A stretch of 64,000 nt of DNA, from NCBI GenBank assembly GCA_026770705.1, contig JANJGN010000052.1, positions 1,302,001 through 1,366,000 on the forward strand. Direction: 5' to 3'. The stretch comes from Isurus oxyrinchus. Taxonomy: Eukaryota. Positions within the stretch are counted from its first letter, which is position 1; the number at the start of each line of letters is the position of its first letter. The notes under the pieces were generated by a model. That model did not search any database, was not told the DNA's origin, and saw only the letters and a program-made list of their open reading frames with translations. The position numbers were made by a program, and so were the translations under genes. This document shows positions 24,101 to 37,461 of the stretch, in pieces.

Positions 24101-27100
24101 CAGGGTGAAGTCATGCGATGTTACGGAGGTGGAAATAGACGGTGTTAGTGAGGGCGCAGATATGAGGCCGGAAGCTCATCTCAGGATCAAATGGGACAAC
24201 AAAGCTGTGAACAGATTGGCTTCAATCTCAGAGAGCTGTCAGGGAGAGGAATGGAGTTGGTAGCGAGGGAACAGAGTTTGGAGCGGGGAATGAAGACAAT
24301 GGCTTCAGTCTTTCCAATATTTAATTGGAGGGAATTTCTGCCCATCCAGTACTGGATGTCGGATAAGCAGCCTGATAATTTAGCAGCAGTGGAGGAGTCG
24401 AGAGAGGTGGTGGTGAGGTAGAGCTGGGGATCCTCAGTGGACAGGTGAAAACTAACACTGTTCAGATGATGCTGCAAGGCCATTGCAAGTGATTCTCTGG
24501 CTACGATGAGATGGATAAGAATGGAGCCAGGGGAGAGCAGTCCCACCCAGCTGGACGACAGTGGAGAGGTGTTGGAGGAGGATGATGTGGTCAGCCGATC
24601 GCTCCCCTGTCACTCGCTGTCCTCCACTGGCTCCCAGTCCAACAATGACTCAATTTTCAAAATCTCTTCATTGATTCTTTATCCCTCCATCCTCCCTCTC
24701 TACTCCCTGTCACTGTCACCTCCTCCAGCCCTGAAACCCTTTGAGTTCTCTGCTGTCCTGCAGTTCTGCTGTCATTTCAGCAGGGAATATCGTGGGTTTA
24801 TCTGTGAAATCTAACAGACGGAGAATGGATCCTTTTAGAGAAATATAACGTGAAGCATCAGTTCAAATAGAAATCACAATCCCACAAGATTTTTATATAT
24901 TTTTATACTCCATTCCCTTTGAAATAAAGGCCAACATTCCAAATACATTGTGCATTTAAGTAAAGAGCCATTAATTTTGTCTTTTTATCATTTCCCCCCC
25001 TCTGACACTATTTGCTGATGTATTTTTATGTTTGGACACTGTGTCCCTTCCTGTCACAATCCCACAAGAGAAAGCACTTTTACAAGGATGATATCAGAAC
25101 TGAGAGGTTACAATGATCAGGAAATTATTTTAAACAGGATTAGAGAGATCGATGAGAGTGGATAACCTGATAACTTTGATGGACACAGTCAATACATTTA
25201 ATCATTGATATTAAAGTGAGTATTAGAGGTTGCTTTAGGACTGAACTGGAAGCTATAACCAGGTTATTGAGAATCAGACAGTGTGTTATAATAAGCTGTG
25301 TTTTGTGTTAATATGTAAACATCACAGTTTGTGTTAATTCCCATTGAGTGTTGAATGTGAATTGTTGAGTAATTATAACACAGCACTTACCAGAAACGTG
25401 AAGCTGGGTTACAGGATAGTAGTTGTAACTATTACTGCTGTCAAATTCTATCCTGAAGAAATAAGGTCCTGCATCTTCCCGTCTGATGTTGTTTATAATC
25501 AGGGAACAGTCGCCATCTTTCAGGTCTCCAGACAGCCGGGTCCGATGGTGGAACCGTGGTAACTCGTGACTGTGATCCTTGGAGTGAAAGGCTATGGGAG
25601 ATCCAGGAATCTGATTCTCGTTATTAAACCAGACTCCGACTCGTGGTTGGCTTTCCAAATGTGATGGATAACTGTAATGACATGGAATCTGTACACACGA
25701 ATCTTCCTGCGCTGTCACCTCTCGTGGTGTGTCACCTTCCCACTCTTGTGACAGTCCAACTGGGGAGAGAAATATCAATATTTAACTCTGGATGGTTTGT
25801 AGATCCACTAGACTCGATATCCACCCCGTCCATCACTGGGGCACTGTGGCTGCAGTGTGGACCATCTACAGGACACACAGGGATCTCCCCAAGGTTTCAC
25901 AATGGATGGAAGAGAATCCTGGACCCAGGAGTGGACAAGTTCATTCTACATTGGCTCATGGTGCTCAGGACCCTGTTTAGTGAAGCCAGTCTTCCACCCA
26001 ACACAGTGTCTCCAAGTCATGTGTTTTTCAAATTATCCGTTCATGGGATGTGCCCAGCATTTATTACCCATCCCATGTCCATCAGAGGCATTTAAGAATC
26101 AATTGTATTGCTGTGGGTTTGGAGTGACATGTAGGCCAGACTCGGTAAGGGTGGAGATTTCCTTCCCTGAAGGGGATCAGTGAACCAGGCTTTTTAATCC
26201 CATTCATCTGCTGTGATGGGATTCATACCCAGGGCCCCTGAGCATCACCCTGGGCCTCTGGAATACTAGCCCAGTGACAATACCTCTCTACTGCTGCTTC
26301 CCCTTAGTGAAGCCAGTCTTCCACCCAACACAGTGTCTACGAGACCCACCCATTGAGATCCATTCAGTGCTGATTTACAAGACAGGACAATGGATTAGGA
26401 GCCCTCAGAACTCCCCCCATTATCACCGTCATGAATCACTAATTAGCCTAACATTCCTGTCTGCTCTTCAACACAGCTGATTAGCTAATCTGATTCAATC
26501 TGATTGGTGCACTTTGTATCTTCATTGTCTAAGGAATCACTTTGGACCCTCATTGTCTAAGGAATCTCTTTGGATCCTCATTGTCTGAGGAATCTCTTTG
26601 GATCCTCATTGTCTAAGGAATCTCTTTGGATCCTCATTGTCTAAGGAATCTCTTTGGATCCTCATTGTCTAGGGGATTATTTCTGATCCAAACCCCATAT
26701 TGTTGTATTGTTGATTCCGATGCAGCATTGTAGACTGACTTGTCGCCAAGCTCAGCACTGACCCTACTCCAGCAGACACTGTGAAACACACTAACAAAGC
26801 GCCTCTCGCCTGAGCTCTGCATGTGTCGGAGGTGCCGCTGCGGTGGGTTCATGACTTTCAAAGATGGTGTTGTTTATTTGTTCAAACTGAACTGGGCCCC
26901 ACATGAAACGCTGATACCAGAAACTTCTTGTTCCCTGTCCTTCTGAAACATCTGTGATTCAGCAGGATTCTGAAGATTTGCTGATAAGGGTCTTAAATTG
27001 TCTGATTGTTGAATGATACAACACAGGAGGAGCTCATTTGACCCATCGTGCATGTGCTGGCTCTTTCCCAATTCCTCTCCAGCACCTTTCGCACATCCCT

Positions 27101-28272
27101 GCAAATTTCCCTTCAAGTATTTATCCAGTTCCCCTTCTGAAAGTTCCTGTTGAATCTGCTTCCACCGCCCTTTCAGGCAGTGAGTCAATGGTCTCTCTCT
27201 GAGCTGCAAAGTGCTCAGATTCTGTGAAATTTAAACTCTGCAGCAGGTCAGAGACACTCATGATAACTCAGAATATTTGTCACCTTTACACACAGACAGC
27301 TTTACCTTCCTTCTCTCTTTCAGTTATCTTGCTCCCTTATTGAAGTATCTAGCAAGGTGAGAATGGACAGGAAGTGTGACACTGAACAGCCTGTCTATTC
27401 TAGGAGCTGCTGTGTTGTCTTCATGGGAAATTCTGTCTAATATCAGCAAAAGACACAAATTTCAGGATATTGCCATCAGAATCCTAGCACCTGGATATAT
27501 TTCATCCCCCAGTTTTTATCCCTGACTTTCTGCTCAACCCATTACTCCCCGTCTCTCACTGACCAACACCCGACATCACCTGAAGTTTAAGATTCTGCTC
27601 TAGCTGCTACAATCCTGCCTAATTGTGTAACCGTTTCCAGCCCCTACAACACTCATGATAACTCAGAATATTTGACAGTTTTACACACAGACAGCTTTAC
27701 CTTCCTTCTCTCTTTCAGTTATCTTGTCCCTTATTGAAGTATCTAGCATGGTGAGAATGGACAGGAAGTGTGACACTGAACAGCCTGTCTATTCTAGGAG
27801 CTGCTGTGTTGTCTTCATGGGAAGTTTTGAATAAAGGCAGCAAAGGACACAAATTTCAGACCATTGCTATCGGAGACCTCGCAGCAGGATAGACTTCATC
27901 CCCCAGTTTTTATCTTTGCTTCTCTACTCAACCCATCACTCACTGACCAACGTCCGATAGCACCTGAATTTTAAGATCCTGCTCTCGCTGCTACAATTCT
28001 GCTGAACTTTGTAACGTCCTCCAGTCCCTACAACTCTCTGAGATCTCTGATCACTTCCAATTCTGCTGTCAGACAGGGAGTCAGTGTATATCAGTGAGCA
28101 CAGGGGTGATGGGTGAATGGGACTTGGTCTGAGTTTGTGCACAGGGTCACTGCTGAATCGGTTCCCAATCACAGCTCAATAAGAATGATCCTTTACAGAG
28201 ACTATTAACATTAAATCTGATGATGATATTACCTTGGAGAAGTGACAGGAGGAAGTAAGATTTCCCAATCAT
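18020..28272 (-). CDS. Gene B: activating-type Siglec-like receptor (leader-V-V-C2-TM with Arg, short tail), predicted 403 aa
   Basis: Exons 28233-28272, 25391-25759, 21343-21708, 20319-20615 and 18020-18159 join in frame (1212 nt). This assumes the broken C2 exon at 19843-19995 is skipped. Confidence 0.72.
19843..19995 (-). pseudogene. Gene B broken repeated-type C2 exon (3' half only)
   Basis: Matches the 3' ~150 nt of the 282-nt exons; the 5' half and acceptor are replaced by about 185 bp of unrelated sequence. Confidence 0.8.
20319..20615 (-). CDS. Gene B Siglec domain-2-type C2 exon
   Basis: 297 nt, phase 1-1, near-identical to 4379-4675 and 55596-55892. Confidence 0.9.
21343..21708 (-). 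CDS. Gene B second V-set exon (PYYFRIEF; first Cys replaced by Arg)
   Basis: 366 nt, phase 1-1, open frame. Confidence 0.9.
21770..22560 (+). mobile_element. CR1-type LINE fragment (duplicate of 5915-6705)
   Basis: Near-identical sequence and ORFs. Confidence 0.8.
23100..24590 (-). mobile_element. L2/CR1-group LINE fragment with expanded 37-bp repeats
   Basis: DPQLY..LSGCLSDIQYWMGRNSLQLNIGKTEAI RT C-terminal motif; paralog of 6760-7790. Confidence 0.75.
24716..24810 (-). pseudogene. Relic 5' end of a domain-2 C2 exon between V1 and V2 of gene B
   Basis: Intact acceptor, then [12 protein letters not shown], then diverges and reads MTAELQDSRELKGFQGWRR*. Confidence 0.75.
25391..25759 (-). CDS. 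Gene B first V-set exon (PYFFRIEF)
   Basis: 369 nt, phase 1-1, open frame. Confidence 0.92.
26522..26671. repeat. 28-bp tandem repeat (tcattgtctaaggaatctctttggatcc) x5
   Basis: Exact 28-bp spacing; about 2 copies at the paralogous site 60950-61010. Confidence 0.9.
28233..28272 (-). CDS. Gene B leader exon, coding part [13 protein letters not shown]
   Basis: 40 nt, gtaat donor; putative non-coding exons upstream (28346-28434; donor next to 28706). Confidence 0.85.
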
Positions 28273-30019
28273 TGTCCACTCCCAGATATTCCATCCACTT
28301 CTCACTCTCAAACTCTGAAAGAGAAAGGAGTTAATGAGACCTCACCTCTTGACCAACAGATCTCTAGAGATCAGAACTCCTTTTAGACAATGACTTCAAA
28401 GACTAATTTGATTCCCTGTGGGATGATAGGTGTTCTGCAGAGAGTTACAAGGCTTTAAGAATGAAAAACAATGAAGGGCTTGCATTTCTATAGCACCTTT
28501 CACCAGCTCAGGGCATCCCATTTTCCTCATCCCTTGAGCAAGAAAGATGTTCTGTACAACAGACTTGAGCCTCACACCCAGATCTCAATAATCAGTAGAA
28601 ATCTTTCAAAGGCATCAATCATTGGAATCTGTCTTTATAAAGTCACAACATCAACAAAGGACGGTGTTGGTCATGGAAGTGAATTCCAATCGTTCCGTTA
28701 CTTACCCAGGACCTGTCCGACTGCTCGCCTGGGGAGGAACTGCCCACACGCTCTGCTTGGGCTGAATGACCTCTTCCTGTGCTCCTCCCTCAGTGTATTT
28801 AATTAGAAAGGGTGAATGTGTCTCTGTGAGTCAAAATGTGAGTTGGTTTGTGTGAATTTGAGAAACCAACTCTTTGTCTTCCACCGTAAGCAAACTGGTA
28901 ACCCCTTTGGTGTCAAGAATGTGGTTGAATTGCCTCTTCCTGTTCCTGTGTAACAGTCTCGAGGGGCTGAATGGGCCTCCTCCTGTTCCTGTGTAACAGG
29001 CTCGAGGGGGCTGAATGGCCGCTCCAGTTCCTGTGTAACAGGCTCGAAGGGCTGAATGGCCTCCTTCTGTTCTGTAAACTTGTTGTGATTCTGTAACTGC
29101 CTCTGTTTATAAATTCAGCTGAATCGTCAGCTCTTCAGTCTCTTCCTTGTATCTCTGGATTCAGTCCCAAGGGAGTGCTGCACTGTCAAAGGGTCAGTAC
29201 TGGGGGAGTGCTGCACTGTCAAAGGGTCAGTACTGAGGAAGTGCTGCACTGTCAGAACTGCCATAGTTCGGATGATGTTTGAAATTAGCAACATGTCTCG
29301 TGTAAAATAAATCATCAGCTCTATATAAATAGATTGTCCTGTACGTTTCACTTTACTGCAAATTGTTCATGGTTTCATTTCCTTGTTAACCAGGCTCATG
29401 TGATGACTATTTTTAAATAATGTTTGTTATTTGGAACAAGGGGCCATGCCTGAACAGATAACTGTCGGATCAAGCAGCTGGGTTTTTTCTTGAACCTGGC
29501 TTCATTCAGATGTTTGCTGCTGGACATGAGATCATTAATGTGTGAATGTAGAATCGGAGTCACCTCAGTGAACAGCAGCATTGGTTGAACAGCCTGATCT
29601 GCAATAAGAACTGCTGAACACAATGTCCGTTCAGAACAGCTCGGTCCCCGATCAGAGAAACAGCCTCAGACAGAACCAACTGACGCTGGAATCCATACAA
29701 TTCATCAACGTGTTGGGAGTGAGTTTGATGTCAGAGATGGAGTGTTACTGGGAAGGAGGGAACCCGTCAGGATGAACAGCTCGATGTACGACAAGGAAAG
29801 GATGAGCTAAGAGGGGTTGGTCACGGACAGACGGAGCGTGTGAAGACTCAACAAGCTAATGGCAGGTGAAGAGCTGGAAAGGTGTCTTTTCAACACAAGG
29901 TTTAGACACAGAACTTGATGTTTGATCGGGTATTTCAAACCAGAGAAACTCTTTACAGGGTGAATGGACCTTGTCAATAATCCATCCAGCCAACCTCGCC
30001 TGGAGATTAGTCCAATATT

Positions 30020-30290
30020 AGACACTAAACCGAGTCCTCCGTCTGCCCTCTCGGGCGGGTGTGAAAGATCCCACAGCCACTATTTGGAGGAAGAGCAAGG
30101 GGGAATTCTCCCCGGTGTCCTGGCACCAATATTTATCCCTCAACCAACATCACCAAAAACAGATGATCACATTGCTGTTTGTGGGAGCTTGCTGTGCGCT
30201 AATTGGCTGCTGCGTTTCCTACATTACAACAGTAACAACACTTCGAAAAATGGTGAACTCAACTGTAAAGTGTTCTGGGACATCCAGAGA
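30020..30290 (+). mobile_element. Deu-domain-type SINE (SacSINE1-like) body and tail
   Basis: aaaccgag..gtctgccctctc..aaagatccc..gaagagca..ttctccccggtgtcctggc..cacattgctgtttgtgggagcttgctgtgcg matches my recollection of shark DeuSINEs; not database-verified. Confidence 0.55.
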
Positions 30291-30769
30291 CCATGCTGTA
30301 CAGAAGAGATTTGACAGGAGCAGCAAGTGTTTTACTTACAGGAGAATGAGTCCCCAGGGTTGTAGAGTCAATCCTGTCAGATGAATGACTAACTGGAGAC
30401 ACTTCAGGGAGCTGATCTAATTCTGGAAATGTTCAGTTTACCAGGATCGGAGGAGAGATGATCTCCCTCTCCTGACTGCATCGGACACGAGGTGAACTGG
30501 CTCTGGGAGGAGGGTCAGTGTTAACCCAGTTTTTCTGTGTTTGAGGGAGATGTGAAACTGGGGAAGTCACGTGGTTTTTTGGTGTGGTCACTCCATGTCT
30601 TTATTTGGTGCAGCACTCATTTAGTTCCTGTCGTTGTTTCAATGCTACAAAACCACAGCGCATTCTGGACTATTTCTGCCTGACCTGCTGTCAGATACAC
30701 ACAGTCTGACAGAGAGGTGGAAAAGTGGTCCCTAGCAACGTGTGAAACTGTGAACTCGACTCAGTCAGA

Positions 30770-30772
30770 ATG

Positions 30773-30811
<39 letters not shown>

Positions 30812-31650
30812 TCACACACATACACACATACACACATTTTCTCTTGTTCATTCTTTTAAACACACACACTCCCTCTCAAACACGCACACCCTCTCTCGCA
30901 CACTCCCTCTCTCAAAAACATACACCCTCTCTCTCAAACACACACACACACGCTCTCACACACACGCTCTCTCACATACACACTCTCTCTTTCACACACA
31001 CACTATCTAACACGCACAGATTCTCTCTCTATCTTTCTCTCTCACACATAAGCTCTCTCTCTAACACAAACATTCCCTTTCTCTCACACACACTCTCTCT
31101 CTCACACAATTCAGCTACCTCACTCTCTCATGCGCACACACTCTACCTCTCTTTTGCTCTCTCACACATTTTCTCTTTCTCTCTATCCTTCTCTCTCGCA
31201 CACATACGCACTGTCACTCTCTCACACACACATTGTCTCTCTTTCTCACACACGCACTCACTCTCTCTCTCTCTCTCTCTCCAAGACAGAAGATTGGGGT
31301 TTTCAAACCGTCTCAAGGTTACAGCTCAAAACCAGATGGACTCTCCCCAGTGAGGGAGTGCTGAGGGAGTGCTGCACTGTTGGAAGGTCAATATTGAGGG
31401 AGTGCTTCACTGTCAGAGGGTGAATACTGAGGGAGTGCTGCACTGTCAGGAGGTCAGTACTGAGGGAGACCCTGCTCGATCAAAGGGTCAGTACTGAGGC
31501 AGTCCTGAACTGTCGGAGGGTCAGTACTGAGGGAGTGCTGCACTGTCAGAGGGTCAGTACTGAGGGAGTGCTACACTGTCGGAGGGTCAGTGCTGAGGGA
31601 GTGCTGCACTGTCGGAGGGTGAGCGCTGAGGGAAAGCTGCTCTGTCAGAC
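30770..31650. repeat. (CA)n/(CT)n low-complexity tract followed by 33-bp satellite (31350-31650)
   Basis: Read directly. Confidence 0.9.
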
Positions 31651-32139
31651 CTGCCATATTTCAGATGATGTTTGAAATTAACAACATGCCTCATGTATAA
31701 TTATATATCATCAGCTCAAAATAAATAGATTATTCCTGTACGTTTCACTTTACTGTAAATTGTTGGCAGTTTCATTTCCTTAGAAACCAGGCTTGTGTGA
31801 TCACTATTTTTAAATAACATTAATAATTAAGATGCAACAATACACACNNNNNNNNNNNNNNNNNNNNNNNNNNNNNNNNNNNNNNNNNNNNNNNNNNNNN
31901 NNNNNNNNNNNNNNNNNNNNNNNNNNNNNNNNNNNNNNNNNNNNNNNNNNNNNNNNNNNNNNNNNNNNNNNNNNNNNNNNNNNNNNNNNNNNNNNNNNNN
32001 NNNNCACACAGACACATAGACTCACTCAGACACACACACACACTCACATATGTTCACACTGACACACGCTCGCGCAGGCAGACACACTCATGCTCACACA
32101 GACAAGCAGAGAGACAGCCACACACACACACATATGTCA

Positions 32140-34395
32140 GAAATAAAAAGTTAGAGTCCAATAAAAATTTAAATGAATATATGATTGATAGCTTTGCTTG
32201 TCTTCGAGGTGTAGATTGTTGAAGTTTGCAAAGTTGATTGGTTTCCTGTGGCATCCTTGTGGTGACTTGATTCAGATTTGGACTTGTTGAAGATGTTCTG
32301 TTAGCTTCAGAAAGAGAGAGAGAGAGAGAGAGAGAATTTCTGCTCTTTTCCAGCAGTGTTTTTGGGTGACTGCCATCTTTCTTTTTCCTCCTACTTTCTC
32401 TTATATCTGCTTGACAGAACCTGTTGCTAAACTCCTGTCTGTATATTCCCAAAGGGAATTCGATCAGCATGTCTTGCATTCATTGTTATAGGCCAAGTAA
32501 TCCCATTTTTTGATCTTTGCATCTCTGAAACATTTGATGCATTTCAAGATATAAATCAACAGGAGATGGAGACATTTCATCCTCCACAAGGGGTTTTGAA
32601 TGATTGATGAATATCTGCATGGTGAGCAGTTCCCATTATCTTGATAGACCTACAGTGATCAAAGCCCAGCACTTTGCATTTTTAAGGGAGTCCCAGTTTC
32701 AAGTGGACCCTGACACATCTCAGTGAGAACCTTCATGCAACATGTCTGTAGTGCAATTCATTTGAAGCTTTCCAGAGAAGTGATCACATTTGCAGTATCA
32801 GCAATCAGGTGACTCGTGACAGCCATTTTTGATCAGAGCCTAATCTGGTACTTTTGAAAAACAGGTCTCCTTTAAACAGTTCAATACATTTTTGGCTTGT
32901 TGGTTAAGTTGAAGGAAGCTCTGTTATGACATAACAGATGGTAAATGCTGAGCTGTTCAAATCCTGGAGGGAAACTTGAAACAACTGTCACAACTAATTT
33001 CCAACTTGTATGTTTTGAGATGTGGGCTTTGAATTCAGTAGTAATGAGGTTAAGAGGTTTAACAGGTAATTCTGTTCACCTCAACAGGTTCACCACTTGT
33101 CTGATGCAGTCAGGAGAGGGAGATCATCTCTCTTCCGATCCTGGTAAACTGAACATTTCCAGAATTAGATCAGCTCCCTGAAGTGTCTCCAGTTAGTCAT
33201 TCATCTGACAGGATTGACTCTACAACCCTGGGGACTCATTCTCCTGTAAGTAAAACACTTGCTGCTCCTGTCAAATCTCTTCTGTACAGCATGGTCTCTG
33301 GATGTCCCAGAACACTTTACAAGTGAGTTCACCCTTTTTTCAGTGTAAGAGGATTTTATAAAACTAAATTAAACATTGATTAACAAGAAAAAATGATTTT
33401 TAAGCATACACATCTGTCTATAAATTACTACTATAATAACTTCTAAATCCCTTAATTAATTTAACTTCCATTTACACACGTCAGAATTAAAAAGTTAGAG
33501 TCCAACAAAAATTTGAAAGAATATATGATTAATACCTTTGCTTGTCTTTGAGGCGTAGATTGCTGAAGTTTGCAAGTTAATTGGTTACCTGTGGCATCCT
33601 GGTGGAGATTTGATTCAGATTTGCATTTTGTTGAAGACGCTCTGTTATCTCTGTTAAGGCAACAGTAAAAGACAGAGATTTTAAATGTCCCAGGAACAGT
33701 AAACGATACGCTGAACAGTTGAGTTCAAAGTGAATTCTCTTAACTTCAGTCCCTGGAGGCAGCAGCTTGGTACATGCAGGCTGAAGGCTTTTCATCATTG
33801 TAAGATCTTAAAAACACCGACCCTTACACACAGTCTTCACTCCTTGATACATATTTTCCCCTTTGAATGCAAATTCCCATTGTTTCACTATGTCTTTGGA
33901 CTTTATCTTTGTAATAATACAAATCTCTCATAGCCCTAAGTTTTACCAGTAATCTTTGGCAAAAATAAACACACTGTTTCTTATCTTCACCTGGCTGGGT
34001 GACACATTTCTCTCCTTCTTTGAAAACAATCTCGTTTGGTTTAACTTAAAATGCAAATTGCCCCCTTTACACTTCACATTCTAAAACTTCCCCATGTTTA
34101 CCTAATAAACAGTTCAAACCTAACTTCTCTTCTTCCATCAAAACACCCAGACCAGCTTCCTCTAATTCCAATAAGTTTCACACAAACACATCACAGACAC
34201 ATGTGGACACAGACACATGGACTCTATTTTACAATAAATTCCAATAACATTATGGAGATTATTATATATTCCTGACATGCTGTCACTCAGTCGCAGTTTC
34301 CTGTCAGAGGGACATTATCTTTGTTTGTGTGTGTTTGTGTGTGGGTAAGTGGATGTGGGTGTGTATGAATGTGTGTGTGTGAGAGTGTGTGTGTG

Positions 34396-34431
<36 letters not shown>

Positions 34432-34800
34432 AGTGTATGTGTGTGTGAATGTTGTTACAACTGGGTGACGGGCAGTGAACTGGCTCCCTTTCTATTCAAC
34501 CCCCATGGTTGGTTGCAAAAAGGGTTTAAAATATAGTTTCCCCCAAATGCAATTTCCATAACAAGTCATACACACGCTCACACACAGCCACACATACACA
34601 CGCTCACACACAGGCACACATACACACGCTCACACACAGGCACACATACATACGCTCACACACAGGCACACACACACAGACACACAGGTGCACACACATA
34701 CACACACAAACGCACACAAACACAGACAAGCACAGACACACACCGCACTGACACCCACACACAGACAGGCACAGACACACACACACGCTCACACAGGAAG

Positions 34801-34848
<48 letters not shown>

Positions 34849-35700
34849 ACAAACACACACACAGATATCAGAGGTAAAATAATTATGGAGCCCAATTAAA
34901 AAAAAAATCCAAGAGTTATTATACTGCAGCATAGTTTGTGAAGTTTGAAGCTGTTTTAAATTAGTTAGTTTGCTGTAGAATCCTGTATTTCATCTGGCTC
35001 AGACTTGCACATTATTGAAGACACTCTGTTAGCTTCAGACAGAGAGAGAGAAAGAAGGGGGGAGAGAGAGAGAGAGAGAGACAGGGATAGAGGGAGAAAT
35101 CATTTCTGTTCTTTTCTAGCAGGGTTTTTAGATGACTGCCATATTTCTTTTTCCTCCTCCTTTCTCTTATATCTGCTTGGCAGAACCATTTGTTAAACTC
35201 CTGTCTGTATATTCCTGAAGGGAATTCAATCAGCATGTTTTGCATTCATTGTTAAAGGCCAAGTATTCACGTTTTTTATCTTTGCATCTCCAAAACATTT
35301 GATGCATTTCAAGATATAAATCAACAAGAGATGGGGATATTGCATCCTCCACAGGGGGTTTTGAATGGCTGATGATTATCCGCTTGGTGAGCAGTTCCCA
35401 CTGTTTTGATAGAACTACAGCTGCTCAAAGTCCAGCACTTTGCATTTTAATGCTTTCCTTTTAAGAGTGTCCCTGTTTGCAGTGAACCCTGACACACCCC
35501 AGGCGTGACCTTCCTGCAACAGGTCTGCAGTGCAATTCATTTGAACTTTACCAGAGAAGTGATCAACTTCACAGTATCAGCTATCAGATGACTTGTGTCA
35601 GCCATTTTTGATCTGTGTACAATCTTGTATTTCTTTGCAAAACAGGTCACTTTTAGACAGTTCAATACATCTTTGGTCAGTTAGTTAAGTTGTAGGAAGC
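32140..35700. repeat. Dispersed LTR-like repeat copies (about 32140-32930 and 34865-35700, partial copy 33480-33650) with CA/TG microsatellites
   Basis: Two diverged direct copies of about 800 bp; no coding capacity. Confidence 0.55.
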
Positions 35701-37461
35701 TCTAAATCACAGTTTGCTGTCAGGATATTGTCTTTGGGTGTGTGTTTGGGTGTGTGTAAGTGAGTGTCTGTGTGTGTGTGAGAATGTGAGTGTGTTTGTG
35801 TCTGTCTNNNNNNNNNNNNNNNNNNNNNNNNNNNNNNNNNNNNNNNNNNNNNNNNNNNNNNNNNNNNNNNNNNNNNNNNNNNNNNNNNNNNNNNNNNNNN
35901 NNNNNNNNNNNNNNNNNNNNNNNNNNNNNNNNNNNNNNNNNNNNNNNNNNNNNNNNNNNNNGTGTGTCTGTCTGTAAGTGTGTGAGCGTGTATATGTGTG
36001 TTTGTGTATGTGTGTGAGCATGTGTATGTCTGTTTGTGATGTGTGTGTGCGTGTCTGTGTGTGTGTGTGAGTGAGTGTGTGTGTCTCTGTATGTGAGTAT
36101 GTGTGTATGGGTGTGTCTGTGTATGTGTCTGTGTGTGTGTGTCTGTGTGTGTTTGTGAGAGAGAGAGAGCAAGCGCTTCACAGAGTGAAACCTCCCTGAG
36201 TGTGGCCGCTGTGTTTAACATTTAAGCCACACAGACAGGATGTGGTTAAACGGTGAAACCACAAGGAGTGAGTGTGTATTCCAGTGACTATCTCTCTGTG
36301 GGTTTCCTGTTGGTTTCTGTGAACTGCCTGTGGTTTTAAAAAGAATCTTCCAACCCCACATGCACGGCATCAAATAAGGATTTGGAAGCTGCTGCTCAGA
36401 GAGTAACTAGTCCCCCTAAAATTCACAGCCCCTCAAACACAGATTAACAGCATTAATCCTGACCGTCAGCCCACTCACTCATTGCCTCTTGTCTCAGACA
36501 CTAGAAAGTGGAAGTTAAGGCCGGATTTTCACTCCCGGGTCGGGGGACACAGAGACGGCAGGAAAAAATAACAAAATATGTCTCGAGCACACAGAGCTCC
36601 AAGGGAAGGGTCGTGCTGCAGCTAAGGTGTGAGACATGGCACATTCCCCGGATGCAGCATTGAGGCTTGTATGTCTACACAGCTGATGTAGGTGCACATG
36701 GAACACATGTGAATGAGCACTGTGATGCACACACACCCTGGAGAGTAATATCCCTCCATGCACTACATATCAGGCTAACATCAACTCATGTTGTCATTGC
36801 TGACTCACAGGGTTGAAGAAGGTCACAGAGACGGCTCATCTTAAACCCCTCGATTAGATCACCCCTTAATCTTCGAGACTCGAGGGAACACAAGCCTGGT
36901 CTGTGCAACCTGTCCTCGGGATTTAACCCTTTCAGCTCCGGGATCATCCTGGTGACACTGCACAGCACCCCCTCCAAGGACAATATATCCTTCCTAAGCT
37001 GCTGGACTCAGAACTGAACCCAGTGACTCCAGATTGGGTGTGCAGGGACCTTAATAAAACTGTGCCAGACACTTCAAAAATCTCTTCAATTCAACCTTGT
37101 AAACGCAGTAGGAAAAATCCCACGGGGCCATTGTATCTTAGCAACATCGTAAACTTGGTCAAAAGAATCTCCCTGGTCACCCCTGAGTGTTACTCATATT
37201 GTAAACACAAAGTATACAGCTCCTCCAGTCTCTGAGAAGCAAAATTATGACACTAGAGCACCACCACTGGCAGGAGGCTGTAATTACAGTGTGACATGTT
37301 TACATGGGAATGTTCCATTACCAATGACACAGGAATTTAAATAATCAGAAGGGCATGTGACAACAGGAAGTGGTGCCTTGGAGAATGAAATTATTCACTA
37401 GAGTACGTATTTAATTTGATAAAAATGTACAGAAATGTCAGGACATTTTAATTGCTTCTTT

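Noticed and set aside
26634-27209. ORFs [10 protein letters not shown]... repeated in the three leader introns
   Set aside because: Partly LINE-tail sequence; frames and stops differ between paralogs, so the similarity reflects segmental duplication rather than coding constraint.
29640-30010. Possible unrelated minus-strand exon (ARLAGWIIDKVHSPCKEFLWFEIP...)
   Set aside because: Short, no recognisable domain and no partner exons; cannot be supported without a homology search.
30717-36221. His/Thr-rich and Cys/Val-rich ORFs
   Set aside because: Translations of (CA)n/(TG)n microsatellites and N runs.
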